DNA of 64,000 bases, taken from the human T2T-CHM13v2.0 reference genome, Homo sapiens. The stretch is taken from NCBI RefSeq assembly GCF_009914755.1, contig NC_060948.1, one strand, 5' to 3'. Below, piece by piece: positions 1 through 19,296 of this stretch. Below the pieces are notes generated by a model. It did no database searches and was not told where the DNA came from. It saw only the letters and a program-made list of their open reading frames with translations. Positions within the stretch are counted from its first letter, which is position 1. The number at the start of each line of letters is the position of its first letter. Position numbers and translations under genes: made by a program.

Positions 1-1159
1 CTCTTAAAACTCCTAGACTAGCTTTTCTTTAATATGAATTCCCAAGTAACTCTAGGAATCATATAGGGATATTCCAACAATTAATGCTCCCCCCCGCAGT
101 GTCACAGGGGCAGCAAGACAGAAGAAAGGCAAATGATGACAAAACTACAGGAGAAGAGAGAAAAGGAGTTTAGAAAGAGCATGAGCTGATTCCAACTCAA
201 GTAGTTATGTGCATGAGTCCTCAGAAGAAGGAAGTTCCAAAGCTGGAAGGTAGTTGATCAGGCACTGTATCCACAGCTTGCTTCCCCTCCCCACCCCCAG
301 CTTTTTTACTATTAATTCATTTACTTACTCATTCTGTTAATAAAGAATTAGGTGTCTTTAGGCACTAGAACTACAAAGACAAATCCAATGGTTACTGTCA
401 AGAACCTTTTATTCTAGCAGAAAAGATGTAAGAAAACAGATGAGTATAATGAGAGAATGTAAGTATTAAAACAGAAACACAAGAGTATATAAGAGGAATA
501 TCGAACACTGGGTTTTAAAGAGTAAAAAGAACTTGGGTAGGGGGAGGGAGAAAAGGCATTATAGGTAGAGGGATCCTGTACAAAGATATGGAAACGAGAG
601 AGGCCATGGATGATTTAGGAATCTGCAGGTAACTTAGCAAAGATGAAGCCCACAACAAAAAAAGGAAAGTTGGAAGAGAGAGAGAGAATGAGGATAGGTG
701 ATTTTAAGAAAGCAGGCAGAGGCTAGGTCATAATAGATTTTGTAAGCTATGCTAAGAAGCTTAGATTTTACTTTCTTTGGGAGTTGGTGGTCCCTTTGAG
801 AATCTCATGAAGACTACTGAGAATCTAATAAAATCTCCTCAAAAATTATGTACACATTTCAAGGAGTTCAAAGATCTATTCAAGTTTTGACATGGACCTT
901 CACTCCCTCTCTGCTGAATCTTTCCCTCTAAGACGTTTCCATGTTCCTGTCTCTCCCACCTTCAATTCTATGCCCCTCTCCGGCAACTTCCCTATCTTCT
1001 CCCATTCCTTCATAAACAAACTTGAAATCATTCCACAGCAATTTATCTTCCCCTATCATTTATTTCTCACTCATTTATTTATTCAATAAATATATATTGA
1101 TTTATTTACTGTATGATGGTGGAAAAGATGAGCAAAAGTATAGTCAGTCTTCTTTTTCA

Positions 1160-2140
1160 CACCCATTAGGATGGTTATTACCAAAAAAAACAGGCTGGGC
1201 ATGGTGGCTAACACCTGTAATCTCAGCACCTTGAAAGGCCAAGGTGGGTAGATCACTTGGGGTCAGGAGTTCAAGACCAGCCTGACTAACATGGTGAAAC
1301 CCCATCTCTACTAAAAATACAAAAATTAGCCAGGTGTGGTGATGGGCGCCTGTAATCCCAGCTACTTGGGAGGCTGAGGCAGTAGAATTGCTTGAACCCT
1401 GAGGCAGAAGTTGCAGTGAGCCAAGATCACACCATCGCACCCCAGCCTGCGTGACAAGAGCAAACAACAACAACAACAACAAAAATATTGGTGAGGATAT
1501 GGAAAAATTAGAACCCTTGTGCACTGCTGATGGGAACATAAAATGGTACAGCCGCTAAGGAAAACAGTATGGCAGTTCCTCAGAAAATTAAAAATTGAAT
1601 TACCATATGATCCAGCAAATTCCATTTCTCAGTATATACTGAAAAGAATTGAAAGCAGGGTTTCAGGGAGATATTTGTATAGCCATTCTCATAGCAGCAT
1701 TAAACAGCCAAAAGGTGGAAGCAACCCAATGTCTACTGACAGATGAATGGATACACAAAATGCAGTATCCATAAAAGGCTGAAATATTCATCCTTTAGGA
1801 GGGAGGAACTCTGACACATGCTACAATATGGATGAACCCTGATAACTATGCTAAGTAAAATACGACACAAAAGGACAACTACTATATGATTCTACTTATT
1901 TGAGGTTCCTAGCATAGTCAAGTTCATAGACAGAAAGTGGAAGCAGCATTGCCAGAGGGAAATGGGGAGTGATTATTTAATGGATACAGAGTTTCAGTTT
2001 GGGAAGAGGAAGAAAGTTCTAGAGATGAATGGTGGCGATAGTTATACAACAATATAAATGTACTTAATGCCATTAAACTGTAAACTTAAAAATGGTAAAA
2101 CTGGTAAGTTTTATGTTACATATATTTCACCACAATAAAA
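1160..2140 (+). mobile_element. Old L1M (L1MB-like) 3' end interrupted by an AluS (1193-1481, (CAA)n tail)
   Basis: [27 protein letters not shown]2 remnant, L1M 3'UTR motifs and an Alu dimer. Confidence 0.8.
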
Positions 2141-2741
2141 CAAAACAAAAAAACAGTCAGTCTTGGTTCTCTTAGGGGTTACATTCTAATGGAGGAAACA
2201 GACAAATAATCATCAAGTACAAATAAAGGAAGAATACATGACCTACTTTGGGAGAGTCAAGAAAGACAACAAGGGTGTTTTTGCTGCCATATATAATGTC
2301 TCTTTTCCAGTGGTAAAATTTGCTACTTGACCTCTGTAGTATTTAAAACTGTGGAACTTCTCCTTTTCACTGGAAATGGACTTTTCATTCACTTCCATGC
2401 TGCTACTATTTTCTGATTTTCTTTTCAACTGCTCCTGCTGCTTCTTTTCATTCTGTTTCATGGGCTTATCTTTCTTTGCTTCTTTAAATAACAAATTCAT
2501 AGCCTTCTCTCAATTTTCACTGCCATTACAACTTGATTTCATACCCTTGTAATTTCCTGGGACTACAATACAACTTGGACTACAATACAGTTCCCAGCAA
2601 GTCTTCTTGCTTCCAGGCTTGGCAAACATACCTCTACCTACCATTCCCATCAATTATCTGCAGGGTGATTTTTCTAACCTATAATGTAGACTATATCATA
2701 TTCCCTTAAACTGCTTCAATGACTCCTTCAGGGATTCCTTT

Positions 2742-3300
2742 TGTAACATCTTTATTAAAATACAATCCTCATATCATAATCACCATTTGAAAGTATACAA
2801 TTCCTTGGTGTTTAGTTTATTCACAGAGTTATAAAATTATCACATCTAATTTCGTAATTTTCATCACCCCAAAAAGAAACCGCGTACTCACCATTCTGCC
2901 TTCCCCCCAGCCCTGGCACTAATCTAATTTCTGTCTCTTTGGATTTGCCTATTTGGGACATTTCATATAAATGGAATCATATAATATATGGAGTGTTTTG
3001 TGTCTGGCCTTTTTTAACTTAGCATAATGTTTTCTTAAGGTTCATCCATGTTGTAACATGTATCAGTACTTCATTTTTTTTATTGCCAAATAGTATGGAT
3101 TTATCACATTTGGTTTACCCATTCATTAGTAAATAGACATTTGGCTTATTGTTACTTTTTGGCTATTATGAATAATACTATTACAAACACCTATATACAA
3201 GTTTTTATATGAACATATGTTTTCATTTCTCTTGAGTAGAACTGCTGAGTCAAATGGTAACTCTAAGTTTAAAATTTTGAGGAATTGCCAAACTCTTTTC
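2742..3300 (-). mobile_element. Old L1M 3' end
   Basis: Typical antisense L1MB motifs (ATAAATGGAATCATATAATATATG, TTGAGGAATTGCCAAACT). Confidence 0.75.
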
Positions 3301-3557
3301 CCTTACGGATTCTTAAAATGTAGTAGGGATATAGGGATGTATAGGGATTCTTAAGGTCTTTAAGCACAAGTGAAATAATTAATCCTGTGAAGGAAAAGAG
3401 ATAAACCTGTTCTAAGCCTGGAGGAATATTGGTGAAATGGGTAGATGTAGATGTAAATTCATTTGGTTCTATGTAGTATAAGATTCAACACAGTGAAAGC
3501 TTTTAAGACTGGCTGGAATAGGGCAGTCATTTTTATGTGTGTGTTTTGCTTTGTCTT

Positions 3558-3885
3558 GTTTTTTTGAGATGGAGTCTCGCTCTGTCACGCAGGAGGGCAG
3601 TGGAGCAATCTTGGCTCACTGGAACTTCTTCTGCCTCCCAGGTTCAAGCAATTCTCCCACCTCATCCTCCCAAGTAACTGAAATTACAGGCACACACCAC
3701 CATGCCTGGCTAATTTTCATATTTTTAGTAGAGACAGGGATTCACCACGTTGGCCAGGCTTGTCTTGAACTCCTGACCTCAAGTCAGGAATGCTCTTGGT
3801 CTCAACTCCTTGGCCTCACAAATTGCTGGGATTACAGGTGTGAGCCACCATGCCAAGCCGTGTGCGTGTGTGTGTGTCTGTGTGT
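3558..3885 (-). mobile_element. AluS with a short internal insertion, followed by (GT)n
   Basis: Antisense Alu dimer with about 25 extra nt near 3785-3810. Confidence 0.85.
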
Positions 3886-3924
3886 TTAAATCAGCAGTTG
3901 AACATGGATATTGCAGTGTGTTTT

Positions 3925-8907
<4,983 letters not shown>

Positions 8908-8947
8908 TAGATAGACAAAATGACATTTTAAAAAAAGCCACACTCAC

Positions 8948-9037
8948 TTGAGTAGACCTTCGTGTCTGCCGAGCTTGTCTGGAGCGTGCTGTCCTTAAAA
9001 CTCTGCTTCCTTATCCTGTACAGGAGTCAGATAGGAC
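8948..9037 (-). pseudogene. PPP1R12B: PPP1R12B-like exon 14 (90 nt, frameshifted): SYLTPVQDKEAE/.../ARSRQARQTRRSTQ, containing the Rho-kinase inhibitory Thr motif
   Basis: Polypyrimidine-ctgcag acceptor and gtgagt donor. GAG TTT TAA shows a 1-bp loss giving an immediate stop; RRSTQ is in the shifted frame. Confidence 0.9.
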
Positions 9038-9214
9038 CTGCAGAGAAAAAAAAAGTAATAGCAAAAGGAAGATCTTTGCTGAATATACTTGAGGAATGAC
9101 AAAGTGTTTCCATGTATTGAAGAGATTTCTACATTCTAGGAATGAACTTAAGCAAAGTCAAAGTGACAGATATGCTATCAACCATCAGCAAACATTACAG
9201 AATCCAAGTTATTA

Positions 9215-9940
9215 CAGTTGCTCCCCTTATCTGTGGTTTTGCTTTTTGTGGTTTCAGTAGCCCATGGTGAACTGTGGTCTGAAAATATTAAATGAAAACT
9301 TCCATCAATAAACAATTCATACATTTTCAATTGTGCACTGTTCTGAATAGCGTGGTGAAATTTCATGCTGTTCCATTCTGTCCCTCCTGAGATGCAAATC
9401 ATGCACTGTTGTGATATCACAGTGTTTATGTTCAACTAATCCGTATTCTACTTAATAATGGCCCCAAAGTGCAAGAGTAGTGATGCTGGCATTTTGTTAT
9501 AACTGTCTATTTTATTATTAGTTATTAATATTATTGCTAATCTCTTACTGTGCCTAATTATAAATTAAACTTTAGTGTAGGTATGTATTTATAGGACAAA
9601 TTGTATTTATATAGGGTTCTGTACTATCTGTAGGTTCAATCATCCACTGGAAGTCTTGAAAGGTATCGTGCGGTGGCTCACACCTATAATCCCAGCACTT
9701 TGGGAGGCCAAGGTAGGAGGATCACCTCAGGTCAGGAGTTCGAGACCAACCTGACCAACATGCTGGAACCCTGTCTCTATTAAAAATACAAAAATTAGCC
9801 AGGTGTGCTGGTGGGCACCCGTAATCCCAGCTACTCAGGAGGCTGAGACAAAAGAATCACTTCAACTTGGAGGCCGAGGTTGCAGTGAGCTGAGATTGCA
9901 CCACTGCACTCCAGCCTGGGTGACGAGTGAAACTAGGTCT

Positions 9941-9976
<36 letters not shown>

Positions 9977-10007
9977 AATGTATCTCCCATGGATAACGGG
10001 ACTATTG
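9215..10007 (+). mobile_element. MER44/Tigger7-type DNA transposon interrupted by an AluS (9668-9974)
   Basis: Terminal CAGT..CCCCTTATC and GATAA.GGGACTATTG inverted repeats. Alu with long A tail. Confidence 0.8.
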
Positions 10008-10029
10008 TGTTTTTAAATGTATTACTGTT

Positions 10030-11230
10030 CACACAGAATCATGTCATCTGTAAAATGAGAATTTTATTTCTTCTTTCCCATCCTTCCAATTTTTATTTCT
10101 TTTCTTGCCTTAATGCTTTGGCTAGGAATCTCTAGGACATGCTGAAAAGCAGTGATGATAGTAAGTTTTCATTCTCTGTAATCCTGCCATCAAAGAGAAT
10201 GCTTTCAGCATTTTTTCATTAAGTGTAATGTTTGTTGTAAGATTTATGCAGATACCACTCATCAAATTAAAGCAATTCCCTTCTATTCCTACAGAAAACA
10301 GGCTAAGAGGGTTTCTCGTTGTTTTTTAATCATTAGTGTATGTTGAACTTTATCACATGCTATTCTTCCCCATATATTGAGATGATTGCTTTTCTCCTTT
10401 TTTCTGTCAGGAAGGTGAATTACATTGAATAATTTTTGAATGATAAAGCAACACTGAATTCTTGGGACAAGCTCAACTTGGTCAAGATGTACCATCTTTT
10501 TATATAGATTTTTAAACATATTCACTATTATTTAGTTTAGAATTTCTACCACATTCATGAAAGAAATTGGCTTATAATTTTCCCTTCTTGTAATATGCTG
10601 GTCAGCTTTGTGAATTAAGGTTATGTGAATTGTGAGTGTTCTCTACATGTCTATTTCTGTAAGAATTTGTGTAAGATTTGGGTTATTTCCTCCTTAAATG
10701 ATTGGAAGTGTTCACTAATCAAGTCATCTGGGTTTACAGTGTTCCTTGTGGGAAGGTTTTGTTTTTTATTTTTGAGACAGAGTCTTACTTCGTTGCCCAT
10801 GCTGGAGTACAGTGGCGTGATCATAGCTGACTGTAGCCTTGATTTCCTGGACTCAGGCAATTTTCCCTCCTCAGCCTTTGCAAGTAGCTGGGACTACAGG
10901 TGCACGCCACCACACCTGGCTAACTTTTTTTTATTTTTAGTAGAGATGAGGTCTCGCTATGTTGCCTAGGCTGATCTTGAACTCCTGAGCTCAAGCGATC
11001 CTCCCACCTTGACTTCCCAGAGTGCTGGTTTATAGGTGTGAGCCACTGTGTCCAGCCCTTATGGGAAAGTTTTAAATAAAGGGTTCAATGTCTTTAATAG
11101 AGTTAGGCTTATTCAAATTTTCTGTTTTGGTAATTGTTTTTTAAGAAATTTTCCATTTTGTCTGTATTATCACATTTAGTGGCATAAAGTTGTTAATAAT
11201 ACCCTTAGAATACATTTGTTATTTTAATAT
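10030..11230 (-). mobile_element. Ancient L1M ORF2 fragment with AluJ (10770-11057, minus strand)
   Basis: Degenerate RT-region peptide in ORF 10289..10525(-) (HLDQVELVPRIQ.., DKVQH). Confidence 0.7.
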
Positions 11231-11520
11231 CTAGAGCAGTGGCTTTCAAATTGTTTTGGTCTCAAGATCCTTTAATATTTTTTAAAATTATTGAGAACCC
11301 CAGAAAGCTTTTGTTTATATGGGGATTAATATTTATCTTACTAGAAATTAAAATTTAAAAATTAAAAAATGTATTTATTAATTTATTTAAAAATAATAGC
11401 AGCCAGGAGCAGTAGCTCATGCCTGTAATCCCAACACTTTGGGAGGCCCAGGCGGGTAGCTGGCTTGAGCCCAGGAGTTTGAGACCAGCCTGGGCAACAT
11501 GGCAAAACCTCGTCTCTTCA

Positions 11521-11739
<219 letters not shown>

Positions 11740-13858
11740 TCAGCAGGATGGCCAAATTGAGTTACCTAAAGCCCATCCTCTCCACAAAAAGGGACCAAAA
11801 CAATGAATAAACAACGATATTTCAATTAAAATGACCAAAGAAGTACTCGGGAGAGCACCAGGGGAACAGCAAAATCCCTGTGGAAGACAAAAGCCCAGGG
11901 CAGCACCATAGAGAGGGGAGCAAGGTATTCTGCTTCTGCCACACTGTCTCCCCTACCAGGATCAGCCTGGAGCCAGAGGGGGCTTCTTAAGGGAAAAACG
12001 TAAGCTGGAGATCACCAGTGATCCCCATTGCTACCATAAATGCCAGAAATTCTTGCTATAGGAGAGTCCCTCTGTCCTCAAAGGCCCTGAATCCAGTTTG
12101 GAGAGTAGAGTTCATACAGTTAACTTTGCCTAGAGTAGGAGCTCACCTTGAGCACCCCCTGCCCCCCACCCTCACATCCTAAGCTGCTGCTACTCAGTAT
12201 CATCTTGAAACTGGACCTACTACTAGAATGTGCCCTTCCCTGTAGTCCGGTACAAGAATGGACTTTCTCCATTCATGTAGCCCTGCCATCACTCTACCAT
12301 GTTCACACAGGCGCCTGTAGCACTACAATCCTAGCTGCCTGAAGCCTAGTCAGATGCAACAACTGAGACCTCTGCACTTGAACCCATGTGGTACAATACC
12401 CTCCCAACCCCAGGAACAGCCAAACCTGCACATGGGGGAAACTGCCTAACTGCTGGCCAGTCCCCTCACCGGTACATACCTGCACTGCACAGCTAGCTTG
12501 CCAGCTGAACCTATGCACACCCACATCCAGCCCAACAACCAGTTCTACCGTGGTTCCACCCCTCAGACCGCTGCAGAACCACCCAGCCCTGCTGTGGCCA
12601 CACACCACTGTGCCTGACAGCCAGTTTAGCAGCAGCCCTGCCCCAAAGACAGATCACTGCAGGGTTGTGTGGCCCTGCTGTACCCATGCTTGGCCTGATA
12701 GTTGGTCAAGCAGCAGCGCTGTACCCCTGGATTTCTCAGGAGAAACCTTGTAGGCCAGGAGAGAATGAGATAATACATTCAAAGTGTTTGGGGGAAAAAA
12801 ACAAACCTGTCAGCCAAGACTACTATATCCAGCAGAGCTATCATCCACCAATGAAGGAAAAATAAAGACCTTCGCAGACAAGCAAAAGCTGAGAAAAAAC
12901 CATCACCACTAGACTAGCCTTACAAGAAATACTTAAGAGAATGGTATAACTGGAAATAAAAGATTATAATTATTTTCATGAAAAGATGTAAAAGTATAAA
13001 ACTCACCAATAGAGGTAAGTTCATAAATCAAATTCAGACTAGCCCAGTGATTTAATGGTGCTATGTAAGTCTCTCAGTCCTCTAGTATGAAGGTTTAAAG
13101 TCAAAATGGTCAAAACTCCTGACAGTTACAATTAGTAGCTAAGGAACACAATCACAGGTAAAAAAGTAATTACAGAAACAAAAAAGAGAAGTCTAGAGCA
13201 TTTTAATGCAACCAAAGTTAAGTTGCTATCAGCTTAAAACATTCTACTATAAGACGTTTAATGTTAGCCCCATGGTAGCCACAAAGAAAGAAAGAAATTA
13301 CTGCAGAGGCACAAACAAGAAAGAGAAAGGAAACAAAGCTCAGTACTACAGAAAACCACCAAACCACAGAAGTAAATAAAAGAGGAAGAAAGGAACGAAG
13401 GATCTATAAAACCACCAGAAAAAAAATTAACAAAATGGGAGGAGTAAGATCTTCTTTATCAATAATAAGCTTAAATATAAATGGATTAAATTATCCACTT
13501 AAAAGATACAGAGTGGCTGAATGGATTAAAAACAAGACCCAACCATATACTGCCTAAAACAGACTCACCTAACCATTAAAGACAAACATAGACTAAAAGT
13601 AAAGGGAGGGAAAAAGATATTCCATGCAAATGGAAACCAAGTGAGCAGGAGTAACCATGTCAGATAAAACAGACTTTAAGTCAAAAACTGTAAAAGAGGA
13701 CAAAGAAAGTCATTAGACATTGATAAAGGGTACAATTAAGCAAGAGGATATAAAAACTATAAATACATACATCCATCCAAGACCAGAGCACCCAGATATA
13801 TAAAGCAAATATTATTAGAGGTAAAGGGAGAGATAGACTGTAATACTATAACAGTAGG

Positions 13859-14113
13859 TGTCAAATGTAGTGAACTACAAGTTTCTCTTCAAGGAATCAG
13901 TATGCCAGTATATTGAGCTCTCTTATTCTCTATTCTCCATTTTAAAGCTTAACTTCCTGGTTCTCTTCGCCCTCTTGCCTCTAGCTTCAGTACACAACCC
14001 CCTCCTAGCCTCTATCACCTGCTCTGTCCTGAGTCACCCCTGGTCGCCTGCTCTGACCTGAGTCATCCTGAGTCACCTGTTCTGTAACCGTCGTTCCTGC
14101 CAAACTACTCACT
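13859..14113 (+). mobile_element. LTR10-family (HERV-I) LTR 5' portion with three AP-1 sites
   Basis: Starts TG..., with TTTCTCTTCAA.GAATCAGTATG resembling LTR10. TGAGTCA at 14030, 14059 and 14069. Confidence 0.7.
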
Positions 14114-14148
14114 GGGATTTTGGGTGCAGACTTCCTCTGTTCCCTCTG

Positions 14149-14253
14149 TCAGTCTTTCTCTCTTTTTTCATATACTTTTTGGGTTTCTCTTAGAAGCTCT
14201 TCCATAGGTTTGTCTTTCCAGTTCTCTATCTTTTGTAATTTCTTGTTAATATC
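14149..14253 (-). pseudogene. Class I ERV gag (capsid C-terminal) fragment DINKKLQKIENWKDKPMEELLRETQKVYEKREKD*
   Basis: Manual translation. Resembles the gammaretroviral CA C-terminal pattern DI.RKL..E.....L..L.REA.K....RE. Confidence 0.7.
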
Positions 14254-16351
14254 TTAGCCAAGATTGCACCTACTGCATTCTGGCCTGGGCAACAGAGCAA
14301 GACTCCATGTCAAAAAAAAAAAAAAAAGGTGTTCTTCATAAAAATAAAACAAAATCCTAAAATTCATATGAAACCAGAAAAAAAAAAAGAACAGCCAAAG
14401 CAATTCTGAGTGGAAAGCTGGAAGCATCACACTACATAACTTAAAAATATACTACAAACGTATAATAACAAAAACAGAATAGTACTGGCATAAAAACAGA
14501 CACATAGACCAATGGAACAGAATAGAAAGCCCAGAAATAAATTGACATACCTAAAGCCAACTGATTTTTGACAAAGGTGCCACGAACACACATTAGGGGA
14601 GAAACTGTTTCTTCAATAAATGCTGCTGGGAAAGTGGGACATCAACATGCAGAAGAATGAGAGTAAATCCCTACCTCTCACCACATACAAGAATCAATTC
14701 AAAGTAGATTAGAGACTTAACATGGAAACCCAAAACTGTGGAACTACCTAGAATATAACATAGGAGAAATGCTTCATGACATTGGGCTAAGCTAGGATAT
14801 TTTAAATAAGACTTCAAAAGCATAGAAAACAAAAGCAAAAATGGACAAATGAGATTGCAACAAACTAAAATGCTTTTCCATAGCAAAGGAAACTATTAAA
14901 CAGAGTAAACAGACAACCTAAAGGATGGGAAAGAAAACTTGCAAACTATACATCTGACAAGGAGTTAATATCCAGAATATATACGGGACTTAGCAGCAAA
15001 CAAAACAAAAAAACAAAAACCTGATTTTAAAAATGGGCAAAATACCTTAACAGACATTTACTTCTCAAAAGAAGTCATACAAATGGCTAATGAATATATG
15101 AAAAAATGGTCAACATCACAAACCATCAGGGAAATGAAAATCAAAACCACAATAGGTACCATTTCACACGACTTAGAATGACCATTATCAAAAAGACAAA
15201 AGAAAACCAGTCTTGGCAGGGATGTGAAGAAAAGGGGAACACTTACATAAGTTGGTGGGACTGTAAGCTAGTACAGCCATTGTGGAAAACAGTATGGAGG
15301 TTCCTTTAAAACTTAAAAATAGAACTACCATATGATTCAGCAATCCCACTACTGTGTACACATCTACAGGAAAGGAAATTAGTATATTGAAGAGTTATCT
15401 GCATTACCTGTTTATGGCAGCACTATTTACATTAACAAAAATATGAAACTGAGTCCTCAAAAATGGAAGAATGGGTAAAGAAAATGTTTATATCCAGAAT
15501 GGAACAGTATCCATCCATTAAAAAGAAGAACAAAATCTTGTCATTTGCAACAACACAGATGAACCTGGAGAATATCAGGTTAAGTGAAATAAGCCAGACA
15601 CAGAAAAAAAAATACTGCATGATCTCACTAATATGTGCAATCTAAAAAAAGGTGGGGGCAGTTGATATCATAAAATCAGAGAGTAGAACAGTGGTTACAA
15701 GAGACTGGGGAGGGAAGAGGTGAGAGAAGGATGGGGAGAGGTTGGTTTATGGTTCAAAGTTATAATTAGACAGAGGGAATAAATTCTGATGTTCTATTGC
15801 AGAGTAAGGTGACTATGGTTAAAAGCAAAATATTGTATATTACAAAATAGGTAAAACAGTTGCTTTTGAATGTTCTTACCACAAGGAAATGATAAATGCA
15901 TGGATGATGAATATACTAACTACTCTGATTAGATCATTATACAACATAGATATGCATCGAAACATCAAACTGTACCTCCATAAATATGTAGTTATGTGTC
16001 AAATAAATTTTAAAATAAAAAAGAAAATAATAGCCCTAATACATTTTAACATCAATATTATTTTTTATTAAAAAAACTATATCTTCCAAAACAAAAAATT
16101 AGAAGAGTGGCATTGTTTTACATTTTCATAAATTTCTTTAATGTTGGTTTAATAGAAGACAGTGGGATCCTCTTATCTCTTTATGCAGTCAATATATTGT
16201 TTTGGTTAAAATATATAAAGACTAGTCTTTCACAAATACATAGTTGGAAAAGCGAGGAGTATTGTGATAGCTTTCTCAGATAATTGGGAGATATTTTTCT
16301 TTGATGCTACACCAACACAAGTGGTGGTTAATTACAATGTATACTCTAAAA

Positions 16352-16699
16352 CAGGGGTCCCCAACTCCCGGGCTGCAGAACAGGACTGATCTGTGGCCTG
16401 TTAGGAACCACGCTGTACAGCAGGAGGTGAGCGAGTGAGCATTGATGCCTGAGCTCTGCCCTCTGTCAGATCAGCCACGGCATTAGATTCTCATAGGGAC
16501 GTGAACCCTATTGTGAGCTGCCCATGCCAGGAATCTAGGTTGTGCATGCCTTATGAGAATCTAACTAATGCCTGATGATCTGCAGAACAGTTTTACCCAA
16601 AACCATCACCGTCCCCCACACCCCATGCCTCCACCAGTCTGTGGAAAAATTGTCTTCCACAAAACCAGTCCCTGGTGCCAAAAAGGTTGGAGAACACTG
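16352..16699 (+). mobile_element. MER1B hAT-Charlie MITE
   Basis: CAGGGGTCCCCAAC...GTTGGAGAACACTG termini and 8-bp TSD CTCTAAAA. Confidence 0.88.
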
Positions 16700-17708
16700 C
16701 TCTAAAATATATTAATAGATTTTTCATATTCTGTTACATTGAAATCCTTTGGTCTATCTTATACTTTCAAAGAATCTTCTTATTCATGCATGATTTTGTA
16801 ACATATCTTTATAAGTCATTTGTAAAATATTGGTGCATTTGTAAAATATTGCTACATTAAGCAGATCTTCCCAATATTGACATACTACATTATATAATAA
16901 TAGTAAAAATAAATTATTTAATATCACCTTTGATCTTAGAACAGTCTTTAAGTATTGGGAAGCTGTCAGTAATATTACTCATGGTGGCATATAAGTTTTC
17001 TAAAATTCTAATTTCTGCTTGAAAGTTTAAATTTTTAATTGGCAACAAATACTCAACGGCTTGACTCTATTTTCAAGAAAATGTCTGCCAAATTACTCAG
17101 GTGTGAATAACCATTGTTTGACCATCAGTAATGCTTTGAAGTAAAAAACGGTGTTCTGTGAAAAATCAAGCTAGTTTCTGCCCTCTCTTGGGACTCCAAT
17201 CATTTATGTTAGACCTTACTGGCCATGTTCTACTGATTTATCATGCTTTTTCTGCATTTTGCATCCTTTTATCTCTCTGTGCTTCATTCTGGATATTTTC
17301 CACTGTCCAACCTTTCAGTTCACTATCATTTCTTTATCTGGTCTACTACTGCAAACTCACCAACTGAGTTTCTTGATTTCAGTGATTTTTTGTTTCTAGA
17401 ATTTCCACTTGATTGTTTTTAACAGATTGCAGTTCTCTGGTGAAAATCTCTACTTCTTATCTACTTCCTGGAACATATTAATCACAATGATTTTAAAGTC
17501 CATGTCTGATAATATCAGTATCTGGACCTGTTCCTATTGTCTATTTTTTCTTTTGGTCTTTTGGTAACTCTTATTTCTTGGTATGTATGCTAATTTTTAA
17601 ATTAACATCAGGCGTATTTAATAAAAAAACGTAGTGAGTGATAACTCATGACTGTTGTTGCTACCCTTCAGAGAGAATATTTTTTCCCCCTGGCAGTTAG
17701 GCTAAGGA

Positions 17709-17887
17709 AGTGGTTCTTAAACTTTCACTTGTATCAGAACCACTTTGAGGGCTTATGCAATACAAATTTCTGAGTACCACACCAACAGAGGTCCTGATTC
17801 AGCAGGTCTGGTGTAGGGGTCTGAGAATCTGCATTTCTAATAAGTTCAGATGACACTGCTGGTCTGGGGACCACACTTTAAGAAACA
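17709..17887 (+). mobile_element. MER5A
   Basis: GTGGTTCT.AAACTT...GAATCTGCATTTCTAA...GGACCACACTTT.AGAA. Confidence 0.8.
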
Positions 17888-19296
17888 AGAGACTAAGGAA
17901 AAGTACCTTAATCCACTTTGATACTGAGCTGGTTGGAAGCTAGGCTTCAGTCTTTTCAAGGGCTGGTCTATTTCTGGTAAGTCCTTAGAATGTAGCCCTT
18001 CAGTGGTTCTAAATCAAAGTCTGGGGTATCTGCTAGGCTCTCTTTCTGAACTCCAATCATTCCCTGAGTCCCATGAGACTACCAAAATCTTGTTCAGTTT
18101 CTCAGGCTCATAGCCACTGCTTTACTAATCAGCAAATACCTCAAGGGGAAAAGTAGAGCCAAATGTTGGGTTTACCCTTTTAAGGTTTCCTTCTCTCCAG
18201 GATCTTGATCCCTCAAGTTCTCACTTGCTTCGTAACTCTCAAGTACCTTCAAAAACTTTTTTCTTATATTTATCCAGCTTTTTCTAGTTATTCTCAGTGG
18301 GAGATTTTACATAAACAAAATATGCCACAGACTGAAGCAGAAGTACCCAACCAGGCAATGTTTTTAATACTCATATTTTTTCCCTCAAGGTAAATTAGTA
18401 AATTGGAATTCCAATACATGTGTCAATATACTGTAGTTTGGTAGGTTTGCATATTTCCTTAATATATTCCTCTCCTCTGAGTGAACTAAAAAAATTAAGT
18501 CCCAAAACTAAAGCTGTAGTCCAGATACTGGAATTGGTGAGAACTAACTTCCCATGAAGTTCTGTCTAGATTACCAGCAAACCTACTCATATGTTATTTC
18601 TACCTGCAAAACATACAGTATCACTATTTTACTGAATTCTTGATCTTTATCTCTTCTTTGCATACAGTACAGAAGGCACAGTGAAAGAAAAAGGGCTCAA
18701 GCTCCCTTATCCTACTGTCTACTCTAGAGAGTTTTTTTGAATGAGAGAAACAGAGCTCATAAAAACCTGGTAGGTAAGATCAGGAATATTTTACTTGACT
18801 TGGAATCTTAAATATTTGAAATCACACATGTGAAATCACATTACTTTTTTGCCAGGGGGAAAAAACAGGCAAAAATATGAAAATAAAAATCAACTAAAAT
18901 TCTACCACATGGAGATAATCTCATTTTTATTTTACTGCATATAAGTCCAGATTGTATGTAAATATATAGTATACAAACTATATATAGTTTTTTATAAACC
19001 ATAAAACTATAAAAACTATATACTATGAATATCACACATATTACTCTGTAGCCTGTGTCAATATATGAGAGTTTTATTATTTAAGAAAAAATATATAAAA
19101 ACAAAACCCATAAATTCCAGTACTTGAACTGTAAATGTTTTTGAAGGAACATTTTCATTTATTTTTCTTTATCTCAGATGGGCATTCGAAAGATCAGAGA
19201 AGTAACGTGCCTAACTTATAGCTGCGTTGAGGACATACTATACTACGTTTTCATTAGAGACTAAGTCCTTCTGTAACACTTTCTAAAATCTAGACC

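Noticed and set aside
12148-12865. Pro/Cys-rich ORFs and CAGCC-rich pseudo-repeats
   Set aside because: They lie within the degenerate 5'UTR of the old L1MA element.
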